A stretch of 64,000 bases of DNA. It comes from Octopus vulgaris (Eukaryota). Where the stretch lies: the NCBI GenBank assembly GCA_951406725.2, contig OX597815.1, forward strand, positions 69,006,001-69,070,000, written 5' to 3'. Under the pieces are notes generated by a model. That model did not search any database. It had not been told where the DNA came from and worked only from the letters and a program-made list of their open reading frames with translations. The position numbers and the translations under genes are program-made. Shown here one piece after another: positions 28,697 through 41,382 of the stretch (position 1 is its first letter; each line of letters begins with the position of its first letter).

Positions 28697-30276
28697 GTGA
28701 GTCGTTTATCCTTCCTCTTTTACCTATTCATTCTCTCCATCCAGCATTATCGAACACAGAATACACACACGTATGTATGTGTGTGTATAATAAATACATG
28801 TGTAATATGTATGTATGCATGTGTACGTGTGTGTAAAAAAAAACATATGTGCGTGTGTAATATATAATATATATATTAAACCGCGGTGCCCCAGCATGAC
28901 CGCAGCTCGAGCTGAAACTAGTAAAAGATAAAAGATGTATGTATGCGTGTGTATTGTGTATGTGTGTGTATTATTCATAAAGTGTGTGCGTAATGTCTCC
29001 AATAAGTCTGGCAGCTGGTTTATATCCTCCCCCCCCCATCTGTTTCCCTCTCTTTCTCCTCCCTCACATCTTTTCTCAAGCGAGAGATGAGGCTTCCGTT
29101 TTCTCGCCACTGGAACTGACACAAAGTAATTGGACATTTTACGCCAAATACCATTCTGGGTCTACAATAAAAAGAACCATTTCCCCCTCCACCATCAACT
29201 GTTGTTCGGAAACACTTTTTTTCCTTTTCCGTTGTCATGTTTCCTGTAAAAATGACATTTGTTCTGAGTGTGACTTGCGGAGGCCATGTTTCTAGTCGAG
29301 AAGCTTTTCATGTAAACTCCACAATAACTTGGCCCACTAAATGAGTGAATATAGGGGCTATATACATATATATGTAACGTGTGTAAATGTGTGTGTGTAT
29401 TCATTCCACTCTTAATTGTTGAAAGGAATGACAATAACAATTAGATGTTGAAGTTCTGACATATTTTGCAAGTTTAATCAATAGTATGTGTGTAAACATA
29501 CGTAGTGTACGTGTAATCTCGTATCGTCACCGCTGAGCTACAAGTTTATTATTCATAACTAAGTAGTAGGGAAAATGGCATAACTACAGTTTAGCGCCCC
29601 CTCTTTGACTTTGCGTAAACAAAATTTAGAGAAACGTTTTCGAGTGTAGCTTTTGTTGATGTTGCAAACATAAACCTTCCCCCACCTCAAGAAAATGAAA
29701 ACAAATAAAAACGTGAAAGTTATGAAAATCGTCAATAACAGAATCAAAGTTAGTGGAAGAATGATCCATAACTCCACCAGATTTCCTCCTTAAGTTTTAT
29801 CAACGTAATCGTAATCTACACCGTTGAAAACGTTCATGTGCAAAATTACTTTTAAAAACTATACACTCTCGGAAAGTTAATAGGAAACAGATTTTATATT
29901 AATTACGACAGGGCATTAATGACGTTTCCAGTGAAATACAAACAACCGAATACCTTAATGATCGAAATTCGTGTCTGTATTGCACACATTGATAAACCCT
30001 GGTGAAGTTTTGTTTTGTTTTCTCTTCCAGTTGAAATCCGATCGTGTTGGTGCTACCTACATTCTTATCACATGCCAAAGTCTAACAACATCAAAAGCAG
30101 CAGCTCACCCAGAGTCGAGTGCTTGCATATGTGGTGTATATGTGTGTGTTATAAAATGCTACAACTATATGATACACTATAAACATTTCAAGGCTCTGTG
30201 TGTGTATATATACATATATAGTTTACTTGTTACTAGTTTCAGTCAAGGCTGTGGCCACGCTGGGGCACCACGTGTA

Positions 30277-30326
<50 letters not shown>

Positions 30327-30328
<2 letters not shown>

Positions 30329-31581
30329 GGGTGCAGTAAATATATTGTCTAAATTATACAAAAATGACACTGACATCTCCTTTTAACAGATATATTTACC
30401 AAAATTACGTAAAAATATCTTGAAAAACTAAAGAGTAAATTTATTCAATAAAATCACCACTGGATTCAACCACGGCCTCCAGACGACTTCAGAATCTCCT
30501 GCAGCTCTTCTGGACGGTCTCTTAGTTTAAGTTGATGAATGCTGCCATAATCCTTGCCTTCTGTTCATCTTTGATTGTTACAAGGAGTTTTGTTGGTCTC
30601 TCGCTCAACTACATTCCACACATAATAATGAAGCGGGTTGTAGTCTGGAGAGTTAGGTGGTTAGATGTTAGGGGTTATGTAGTCACAGAAATTGTCTGGC
30701 AACTATGACTGGGGTCTCCTGCTTATGTGGAATGGTGCAGAGTCCTGTTGCCAGACATAGGGTCTTCCAGTAGCCACCCTCTTGACCCAGGGCAGCACTA
30801 CCTCCTCCAGGCATTTCGTGTAGGCTTCTGTATTGAGTGTGAGGCTGTGTGGGAAGATGATTGGAGGTATAACGTCACCATCACTGGTGATCACTCCAAA
30901 CACCATGATGTTGATGGGATGTTTGATTTTTATCACTCTAGGTGTCCTCAGATTGACACCCAAACACTCTGAAATGTTTGTAAAAGAGCTTCCAGTGCAA
31001 ATGCCAAGCAGTACAGTATGTTGTTTCCAAATTTGTGGCAAAGTGAATTGTATCACGGTGCTGTTTTTATCATAGACAGTGCCCAACTGACTCTACTGTT
31101 CCATAGCACTCCGTCGGTTACGACGATGAGGGTTCCGGTTGATCCGAATCAACAGAACAGCTTGCTTGTGAAATTAACGTGTAAGTGGCTGAGCACTCCA
31201 CAGACACGTGTACCCTTAACGTAGTTCTCGGGGATATTCAGCGTGACACAGAGAGTGACAAGGCTGGCCCCTTGAAATACAGGTACAACAGAAACAGGAA
31301 GTAAGAGTGAGAGAAAGTTGTGGTGAAAGAGTACAGCAGGGATCACCACCATCCCCTGCCGGAGCCTCGTGGAGCTTTTAGGTGTTTTCACTCAATAAAC
31401 ACTCACAACGCCCGGTCTGGGAATCAAAACCGCGATCCTATGACCGCGAGTCCGCTGCCCTAACCACTGGGCCATTGCGCCTCCACAACTCTACTGTACT
31501 GTGTACTTGACAAAATCAAAAACAATGTGCATGCACAAAATTAAAAATATAAAATGGTGACAATTTACCCATCGCATCCTG
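30327..31581 (-). mobile_element. DD37D (maT) transposon relic, internally deleted and interrupted by a SINE
   Basis: Minus-strand IMVFGVITSDG...WQQDSAPFH...PPNSPDYNPLHYYVW, with 37 residues between D and the D position (now H). Degenerate TIRs CAGGGTGC..ATTGTC / GACAATTT..GCATCCTG. Confidence 0.85.
31100..31487 (-). mobile_element. Young tRNA-derived SINE inserted in the maT element
   Basis: Minus-strand head GTGGAGGCGCAATGGCCCAGTGGTTAGGGCAGCGGACTCGCGG...GGTTTTGATTCC with A and B boxes. Exact 10-bp TSD ACTCTACTGT at 31090-31099 and 31488-31497. CpG-rich. Confidence 0.92.
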
Positions 31582-31654
31582 TATATGTTTATATACACAT
31601 ACAGAATAGGGTTATATATATGTGTGAATATGGATGTGTGTGTGTGTATGTATG

Positions 31655-31692
<38 letters not shown>

Positions 31693-34600
31693 AATATGCA
31701 TATTTATAAATGACCGTTTTTGTTAATATAATCAGATGGACTGCACAAATAACTAGTTTGTTGCACAAGAATGGTGCCTTAAATTTTCATTGCACCTTTG
31801 CACTATTTCCACACTCAACACATGAAGTTTGTAAAACACCCACACTTTGTTACTGAAGTTTTACTGCTTCTTCACCCAAGAAACATCAAATGCTTACTTC
31901 AGAGTTATTATAGTGGCAGTTGTTTGTGTCCTTGTCTTCACATCACATAATTGTTGTAAATGAATGTTGTTTATTTCCAGTATTTTGGAAAAGCATATCT
32001 GACGATGAGGAAATGTTACTTTGCTTGGTAACAGGTAAGGCTTGGCTGTAGAAGATTTACATCAGTAAATTTCATCGGACCCATGTAAGCATGGAAAAGT
32101 GAACATTTAAATGATATTGATGATACTTGACTTTACTCTCTGTTGGGAGTTGAGAATGGAGTCATCTCTGAACATTTCCAGTGACAGTGTGGCAGTCAGC
32201 ATGAAGAAAAAGGAAATCTTTTCTGCTTTTAACATAAACACGTACTTTTAGAACAAAGTGTAGTGTCAGTGTTTTATTTTTGTTGAGTTGCATGCATTTT
32301 GTATGACAATGTCATGTGACTCAACCCAATGGTCATGTCACCAAGGCTATTTTAACCTTCCCTGTGTTGAGAAGTCTTTCTTTTCTGATTGTCTTCCATA
32401 CACCTAGTTTTACTTGGTTATTCAGTTGATTAAAGCCAGCAGAAAGTATGGTGCCTAGTGTAACTGCTGTTTTACTTTGATAAACACTTTGCTGTGGAAT
32501 TACATCATCATCATCATTCTAATGTATGTTTTCCATGCTAGTACAGCTTGGATGGTTTGACAAAGCTGGCAAGGCCAGGGACTGCATCGAGTATCATCGT
32601 CTGTTCTAGCATGGTTTCTATGGTTGGATACCCTTCCTAATGCCAATCACTCTGCCGAGTGTACTGGCTGCTCTTTATGTGGCATTAGCACGAGTGATTT
32701 TAACATGGTTTTATCCACATTAAAAGCGCTTTGTCAACATTAATTAATACAATTTGTTTGGCAATAGTAGTTTCTTCTAACTGGTGACATAACAGGAAAT
32801 AGTTGCTAATGAGCTGGCATAGAAAAGTGTTAGAGTGAATGTAGTAAAGTCTGGTTATGATCAAAATTGGATTAAGTTCCTTCCCACTATTTTTTTCTTT
32901 TTCTACAGCATTGATCTGTATATGTTCAAGCTAAATATCAAGGTTGCATCAATCTCACCAGTGGCAGCATCCACAAAATTTATGAGCATATTTTTGCTGC
33001 TCATCTTCTGACACTCATCATCATTTAACTGTCATGTGAAACCCAGACAAGGAGACATGATTACTTTTGGTGCACTCACATATACACATGACAGACTTTG
33101 AGTTTCTACCTACAAAATCCACTCACAAGCTTTGGTTGGCCCAAACTTTATTAGAAGACACTTGTCCATGGTGCTCTGCATTGGGACTGAATCTGAAGCT
33201 ATGTAGATGGGAAGTAAACTTCTTAACCACAAAGCCTTGTTTGTATCTATTTTAAAAGTATGTACTAACTATAAACAACGAGCTAAAAATGTTCAGTTAT
33301 CTTCTGTAAGTCAGTGCTGATGTTATGAAGTTAACTTTACAATATCAGTCTCTTGTATTAAAATCTCTCAGCTTCAACCAAAGTTTTTTGCCTGTGATGT
33401 TGCTAAATTATTTGAAGTACATTTGAGATTATTAATTGAAAACTACTATTTCATCATCGTTTTCATGTGCACTTTTCCATTCTTGCATGGATCAGATGGA
33501 GTATTTTGAAGCAGATGCTCTCTAGTTTGATGTCCTTCTTGTCACCAGTTTTCAAGCTAGGTAATATTTCTCTGTCAGAATATTGTAAGTGAATGACACT
33601 GCTTGTATGATAGTGATATTCATTGACAACTATTATGTAATGTCAAGATAACGAGACACAAACGTATTCATGCACCTACACCAATATTTACATTCATACA
33701 CATAGTCAGTAGGCTTCTTTTAGTATCTGCCTACCAAACGGGCAGCACAAGACTATAGTTGAAGATACTTGCCTAAGGTGCCATATTGTGGTATTGAACC
33801 TGAAACCATGTGGTTGAGAAGCAAACTCCTTCACCATATGGCCACACTAGCACCTATAAGGCATGGTGTGTGTGAGCTGGCAGAACACATTACAAGATAT
33901 TAACACTTTTCATATCCACCTGCCTGAGATTGCCCTTGGTTTGGTAATATAAATTTTCCGTTTTAACCCTCTAGTATTCAGATTACTCAGTCAAATGTAA
34001 TGCTTATTTATTCACATTATTTTGAATTAATCATACAGTATCTCATAATTATGAGATTTCAATGATGTGACTTTTTATTTTTTAGTATGACTTTATAGGG
34101 TAAGTGTGAGGGGTTAGATCTGGCCAGTTTGAACTTAAAACAGAATATTTGGGGTAGATATGACCAGTTTAAATGCTAAAGGGTTAAAGTGATCCAAATT
34201 AAAACCTTCCATCAAAATATCATGTTAATTTATGGTCTAAACACTGGTTTAATAATGCAGCTATTTTACTCCACTCTTCTGTGTGGTTGGTGTTCGGAAG
34301 GACATCTAGTTGTAAAAACCACACCAAAATAGACTCAGAAGTCTGGTGCAGGTGCCTGCCTGGCCAGCTCCTGTCAAACTGTCCAACCTGACCATGATGA
34401 GGATGATTAACAACTATTTTAAACAAAGGCAGTGTATGTCTACAGAAATTTCGTAACAAAAAGGTTAAAGATGTTTTAAGTAAATCAACTCTCTCTTTGC
34501 TCCTTTGATAAGTACTTAATGCCTTGTAAACAAACTCCTGTAAATTATAATGTTGCAACTTTACTGAAGACTTCGACCAATATTTGAAGGAGTTTTAGAC

Positions 34601-35458
34601 CTGTTTTTACAAGTCTTTGCTGAACTAGTAATTGATAGAACTTGAGGGATGCAAGTTGATTTACTTTGCTTTTGGTTTGGATACAAGAGCTGTAGGTTTC
34701 ACATTAGTACACCATGGATGTTCTCTTCTGCCATAACAATACATCAGATATTCACATCTGCTGGACAGCTGAACTTTACAATAGTACATACAATAGATTT
34801 GTTGTGATTGCACCGGATTGCTGCTTTTTATGTTTCACCAGTATTTATTCCTTGTTTTCAAAAGTGTAAATATATTCCAGTTCTGGGGTGATTTTGGTTT
34901 GACAATTAGTTTTATAGACAAATGGTTTACTGTAGCTTTCTCCAAGCCAGTATAAGGGTGTGTACTTAACTATAACATCAATTATAGTGTTTTTTTACTA
35001 CTTACATTGGTGAATAACTGCTTACAGATTTGGTGCACAGGCGTAGCTATGATATAGATACAGCCATGGATGTATGGTAAGAAGCTTGCTTCCCAACCAC
35101 ATTGGTTCTGGATTCAGTCCCACTGCGTGGCATCTTGGGCAAGTTTCTTCTATAGCCTCAGGCTGACCAAAGCCTTGTGAATGGATTTGGTAGATTGAAA
35201 CTAAAAGAAGCCTGCCGTGTGTGTGTATGTGTCTGTGTTTGTTCTCCCACCATTGCTTGACAACTGATGTTGGTGTGTTTACATCCCTGTAATGTAGTAG
35301 TTTGGCAAAAGAAACTGATAGAATAAATACTAGGCTTACAAAGAATGTCATAGGATCAATTTCTTTCACTAAAAAGCCCTTTAAAGTAGTGCTCCAGCAT
35401 GGCTGCAGTGAAAAATGACTGAAACAAGTAAACAAATAAAAGAATTACTATTGACTGG

Positions 35459-35508
35459 ATGTGACCTTTAACCTTTTGGTTGATAGAGCAAAAGGTTAGA
35501 GGTCACAT
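35459..35508 (+). other. 20-bp stem / 10-nt loop hairpin
   Basis: ATGTGACCTTTAACCTTTTG-gttgatagag-CAAAAGGTTAGAGGTCACAT; the single deviation is a U-G wobble on the + strand. Confidence 0.7.
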
Positions 35509-35925
35509 AGTTTATTTTGACAAATGAACATTTGTATTATATAATGTTTAAGTAAAGTTAATTGACTCTATAGACTTATTGGAAAATATATTTCCTAAAA
35601 ATATTATTTTCAAATTTTGGTACATCAACAACATTGTACAATTGATAGTTATTTTATTGATCATGAAAGGGAGGAAAGGTGAAGTTAACTTCACTGGAAT
35701 TTGAACTTAGAACACAAAGTCAGATAAAATGCCGCTAAGTATTTTGCTCAATGTGCTAATGATTCTGCCAGCTTTTCACCTTACCTAAGAATGAAATATT
35801 AAATAATATTAAATATTGTTTATAATTTGATACCTTATTTTGCGTATATTTAAGCCTTTGAACATGAGTGGCTAGTTTTGTGAGTACTAAAGGCTCTGTA
35901 GCTGAAACACAAGTGTGTTTTCTGG

Positions 35926-36392
35926 TCTCCATATATATAAACGAGCAAAACGCCCCCGTCCAATGGACGGTGCTGAGTTGTCAAATATTTAAACCAAATT
36001 TTCACAAAACAACTTGTCCGACCGTCCCATAGGCCTCCCCTTTAAGAAACACTGATTTAACCTAAATTTGAGACACCAGCAAAAGAAGAAATAAAGATAG
36101 ATTTTTTTCTATTCCAAAGAAAAACGATTTTATTCACACAAATATACAACCGAAGAGTTTAAAGTACCAGTAAGTACATCGCAACAGCTGATGTACTTGT
36201 GCATACAAATGCATGTACCCATGGCTTTATCGATCGCATTCTCACCTGGAATTGATTTTTGTAATTTTGTCAAGACTTATACATACTCTGATACTGTCGG
36301 TATCTAAATATCAAATTTGAGCGCAATTGGATGGAGGATGCCCGAGATCCTAGAAGACACACACACAGACAGAACAGATTTTATATAATAGA
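35926..36392. mobile_element. Helitron-like non-autonomous sequence(s)
   Basis: The right end on the minus strand is A|TCTATTATATAAAATCTGTTCTGTCTGTGTGTG, like the 5' end of the 53352 element. The left end on the plus strand is TCTCCATATATATAAACG. CpG-rich. Confidence 0.55.
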
Positions 36393-38022
36393 TGTATATA
36401 AATGTCACCATTATCATCATGTAATGTCTGTGTTCCATGTGGGCATAGGTTGTACAGTTTGACAAGATCCAGTGTGTCCAAAGATTGCATCTCGGACATA
36501 TATATTTAATGTGGATGAATTTGTTGACCTACATGTCATCCTAACTGACCAGCAGGTGACTTCTATGAGCCAAACAATGGAATTGGTATTTATTTGATAT
36601 CTATTATTTAAACAATTCAGCAGAAGTGCGTATGTTTGTGTATGAATATATGCATGTGCGTGTGTGTGTGTATAGATATGTATGCGTATGATGTATGTAT
36701 GTGTGTATAGATGCATATATTAACCAAAGGTTACACTTGGTTATTGGTTGCATGTGAATGTATTCTACATCCTATTTATTGCACACACAATATGTATGCT
36801 ATCTTGTACATAAATACCCAGACGTTAATTATGCCACACTAAATGGAACATACTATTTTGAAATTCTCCAGTTGCTTCTCCTGTTTCTCAAGTTGTTTCT
36901 TTGACTTGTACTCACTCACCCATTTCTGTTGTTGAATTGCTTACTCTTCCTCTGTACTCTCTCTTAGTATTTCCCTGCTTAGAAGTAGTTGTACTTGAAT
37001 GCGTGTAGACATGGCTGTGAAGTTAAGAAGTTTGGGTTCCACCCATGTTGTTTTGGGTTCAATCCCACTGTGTGTCTGTTATATTAGGCAACTGTCTTCA
37101 GTTATAATCCTTGCCTGACCAAAACTTTGGAAGTGTATTTGGTAGACAGAAACTGAAAGAAGCCTGTTGTGTATATGTATGTGTTACTGTCACATTGCTT
37201 TGACTTTGAGTGATAGTTGTAAACAAGTGTCACCATGTAAGTGGTGGTCTTCATTCCTAACCATATGGTTCCAGGTTCAATCCCACTGCATGGTACTTTA
37301 TGCAAGTGTCTTCTGCTGTAGCCTAGGGCCGACCAAAGTCTGGTGAGTGATTTGGTAGATGAAAACTGAAAGAAGCCCTTTGTATATATTAATATTTATA
37401 TCTATATGACTGTTTGTTCCTCCCACCACCACTTGACAACTGGTGTTGGTGTGCTTTTGTCCCCTAACTTGGTGGCTTGGCAAAAGAGACCGATAGAATA
37501 AGTACTGGGTTCTGTAAAAAAATAAATCCTGGGGTTGACTTGTTTGACTAAAACCCTCTGAGGCAGTGCATCAGCATGGCTACAGTCAAATGACTGAAAC
37601 AAGTAAAAGAATAAAAGAATTACAATGAAACAAGTGAGAGTTGGTAACAGGAGGGGCATCCAACTATAGAAAATCCACCAAACAAATTCTGACCTATACA
37701 AGCATTGAAAAGTGGATGTCAAAGTGATAATGATGTATTATATGTGTGTATGCCTTCCTTTGTTTTGATATCACATACTAATTGTAAACATCACACAAAT
37801 AATGTCATTTGTTTGCAATCTTCCATAGAACCCTGTCCAACCATCCACACTGCTCATTTTTGAAGGACGAGTGGAAATATTACTTAACATGTGAGTGGTG
37901 ACAAGAAGAACCTGTAGAAATTTTGCCTTGATGAATTTTGACTAATCTAGGCAATCACAGGAAAGTGGATATTAAAATGATGATCTTATAGATGTCTAAT
38001 GTTTGTAAATATTTGTCTAGTG

Positions 38023-38349
38023 CAGGGGTTCTTAACAATTTTTTAGCTGGGAATCCTTTTCATGACTATTTTATTCTGGTGGACCCCCATAGCCATTCTA
38101 TGTTTAAAAATTAGTTTCATAGAAATGTCTTCTAAAATAACTATTTTGTTTTTCACACATTAACCTATTTTGGTTGAACTATTGTAAAATGTTAGAGAAA
38201 GAAGCCTGTTTTTTGCAGTACATATCAATACATACATCTAAAGCAAAATTTTTTCAGGGATCCTTAAAATACTACTGAGGATCGCCAATTTACTATTTTG
38301 TTGTGTGGACCCCCAAAAATCTTATATGGATCCTGGTTGAGCGCCACAG
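38023..38349. mobile_element. hAT MITE, same family as the 18435 copy
   Basis: Alignable to 18435-18737 along its length; exact 8-bp TSD GTCTAGTG. Confidence 0.9.
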
Positions 38350-39312
38350 GTCTAGTGATTTATTAAAATCTTGCTGATGAGTAACCAAAGCATGCTACAC
38401 ATTTACTTTATCCTTTGCACTGATGTATATAGCCTGCAGAGCATTTATAGCAGTATCACGTATAGTAGACACATCAGCTACATGTTCAAACACTTTTGGT
38501 GATAGGTAATTAATGAAGGGATTCAGCTTGATATCTTGGCCATTGACTGGTAGCATTGCCACGAAGTTTTGAAAAGTTTTCTACCAGTGTAGCTATTGTT
38601 GAGCATCACATGTATCATTGGGGTTAGCATCCAAACATTCAGGGCAATTTTTCTAAGCCCTGTAAAAAAACTTGGAAGGTTGGGCCTCCAACCAGGCCTT
38701 TTGCGATACCCTTAAAGTCAAGAAATTTTCAGTAACCCCCTCATGTATATATATATAAAAACACTTTACCTTTGTTAGGTTATAGTTCATATATGCGTGT
38801 GTGTGTGTGTAAGTTACAGAATAACTCTTAACATCTGATTATTAAAATTATTAGTAATTATCTATCTATCTATCTATCTATCATAAATGGTGATGTTAAA
38901 TGTATTTTCATAAACAAATATTTTGTAATATTTCTTAAAATTTCTTTAGGATCTGTTTAAATTTGTTTGTTTGAATATTATATCTACTTGTATTAATGTG
39001 TCTCTTACATTTCGATGGATGGATCAGAGGAAGGAATGGAAAGCATGTTAAAGAGATGGGAGAGGAGATTAAACATTGGAGTTAATTGAGTAGATTGCCA
39101 AGTTCAGCTTATAATGTGTTGATGATATTTGATGAGGTCCTATGAGATTTCTCACCTGTATAGGTTGAGTTCAATCAAACCTTACATACAACACAGCTAA
39201 TTTACTGTTCATTTTCAGGTTAAATTATAGTCACACATCGAGGTCATGTGATAACATTGATCTAACTGCCCAGACAACATTTTACAAGTTGTTGAAAATA
39301 ACACATAATAAC

Positions 39313-39346
<34 letters not shown>

Positions 39347-39516
39347 GTATGTATGTATGTGTGTGTGTGTGTGTGGGGCAGTCATTTTGCTTATGTAATG
39401 AATTGCTGATTTTTATATAATCATTTAATGTCCACTTTTCCAAGCTGATGGAATTTGTTTGAGGCAGCTTTTCTATAGTTCCATACCCTTCCTGTTGTCA
39501 ACCCTCAACCATGCAT

Positions 39517-39736
39517 ATTCTTTTATTCTTTTACTTGTTTCAGTCATTTGACTGCGGCCATGCTGGAGCACCACCTTTAATCGAGCAACTCGACCCCGGG
39601 ACTTATTCTTTTGTAAGCCCAGTACTTATTCTATCGGTCTCTTTTGCCGAACCGCTAAGTAACGGGGACATAAGCACACCAGCATCGGTTGTCAAGCAAT
39701 GCTAGGGGGACAAACACAGACACACAAACACACACA

Positions 39737-39773
<37 letters not shown>

Positions 39774-39934
39774 GACGGGCTTCTTTCAGTTTCCGTCTAC
39801 CAAATCCACTCACAAGGCTTTGGTCGGCCCGAGGCTATAGTAGAAGACACTTGCCCAAGGGGCCACGCAGTGGGACTGAACCCGGAACCATGTGGCTGGT
39901 AAACAAGCTACTTACCACACAGCCACTCCTGCGC
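39517..39934 (-). mobile_element. Family A SINE, young CpG-rich copy
   Basis: Reverse complement of the 9414 copy with most CpGs intact. Confidence 0.9.
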
Positions 39935-40224
39935 TGTATATTCTTTTATTTTTTTTTTTCAGTCATTTGACTGTGGTCATGCTGGCGCATCAACTTGAAA
40001 GGTTTTTTGTTGAATGAATCAACTCCAGTACTTATTTCTTTTTAAAGCCTGCTACTTATTCTATTGGTCTGTTTTTGCTGCGCCATTAAGTTACGGCAAC
40101 GTAAACACACCAATACCAGTTGTCAAGCAGTGATGAAGGGGAACTGACACACACACACACAGATATGTACATACACACATACACATATAATATACACGAC
40201 AGGATTCTTTCAGTTTCCATTTAC

Positions 40225-40558
40225 TGCCAGCCTCGCCTGGCCCCCGTGCCGGTGGCACATAAAAAGCACCATCCGATCGTGGCCGTTGCCAGCCTCGCCT
40301 GGCCCCCCCGTGCCAGTGGCATGTAAAAAGCACCATCCGACCGTGGGCGTTTGCCAGCCTCGTCTGGCACCTGTGCCGGTGGCACGTAAAAAGCACCCAC
40401 TACACTCACGGAGTGGTTGGTGTTAGGAAGGGCATCCAGCCGTAGAAACATTGCCAGATCAGACTGGGCCTGATGCAGCCTTCTGGCTTCCCAGACCCCA
40501 GTTGAACCATCCAACCCATGCTAGCATGGAAAGCGGATGCTAAATGATGATGATGATG
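40225..40558 (+). mobile_element. Family C SINE-like repeat with a (GAT)n tail and internal 62-bp tandem units
   Basis: Three GCCAGCCTCG..TGGCAC.TAAAAAGCACC units, then the common body and TAAATGATGATGATG. Other copies at 23278-23520, 56292-56906, 59420-59708 and 60910-61225. Confidence 0.8.
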
Positions 40559-40655
40559 ACTAACAAGGTGCCATGCAGTGGAACTGAATCTGGAATCATG
40601 TGGTTGAGAAGCAAGCTTCTTACCACACAGCCATGCCTGCACCTATATAAATATA

Positions 40656-40877
40656 CAGTAATACCTTGCCATATCACGGTTCACCTATCGTGGTTTATTA
40701 CTTAAAATTACGTTGATTCCTCTGGTGTTGTTTTGCATTTATAATAAAATAAATATATACAAATTATAAAAATAAGAAAACAAAATATACAGTACAGTAC
40801 CGTTTCTACTTTGTGGATTTTCACCTATCATGCGTTTTTTTTGGAATGTAACACCTGCAATAGTCGAGGGATTACTG
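40656..40877. mobile_element. pogo/Tigger-type MITE
   Basis: TA-CAGTAATACCTTG ... CGAGGGATTACTG-TA. A reverse-oriented copy lies at about 60717-60909 and a related end at about 17230-17287. Confidence 0.8.
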
Positions 40878-41154
40878 TATATGTATGTATGCATATGTGT
40901 GTAAGAAAAAGACGACACAGGAAAAACAGTGGTTATGTTATGAACTTCATTAGCTTACAACTGTTTCTGCTATAAGATGCAGTGGACTCTTGGTTGAGTA
41001 TAAAGTGCAATTTATTTGAGGAAAAAGAATTACAATTTTGCAATATTTGGGGAAGACACTACCAGTGAGAAAGTCATTGCTAATGTATATAAAAAAAAGT
41101 GCATGTCCAAAAAGCAATTAGATTTACTTATATATATAAAAACACATATATATT

Positions 41155-41382
41155 TAACCCTTTAGCATTTAAACCGGCCATATCCGGCCAAAAGTATTCT
41201 GCCTGTTTTAAGTTCAAACTGACCAGATCTGGTCTCTCAGACCAACCCTACAATATTGTTTTAAAAATTAACAGCTACTTCATCAAAATCTCATAGCTAC
41301 AAAATAATGCATGATTAGTTCAAAGCAATGTGGATAAAAAAGGATTAATTTTGGCAGAATAATGTGAACACTAAAGGGTTAA
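41155..41382. mobile_element. piggyBac-like MITE (TTAA target site)
   Basis: TTAA-CCCTTTAG ... CTAAAGGG-TTAA. Other copies at 33963-34187, 56236-57080 and about 63520-63745. Confidence 0.85.

Noticed and set aside
31400-31487. tRNA gene
   Set aside because: It is the tRNA-like head of a SINE, continuous with the SINE body and bounded by a TSD.
32895-32945. Good acceptor TTTTCTACAG at 32908
   Set aside because: The downstream frame (IDLYMFKLNIK) does not match the C2 domain and the donor is weak.
40225-40400. Regularly spaced repeats resembling a CRISPR array
   Set aside because: Whole units are tandem copies without unique spacers, inside a eukaryotic SINE-like repeat; no cas genes.
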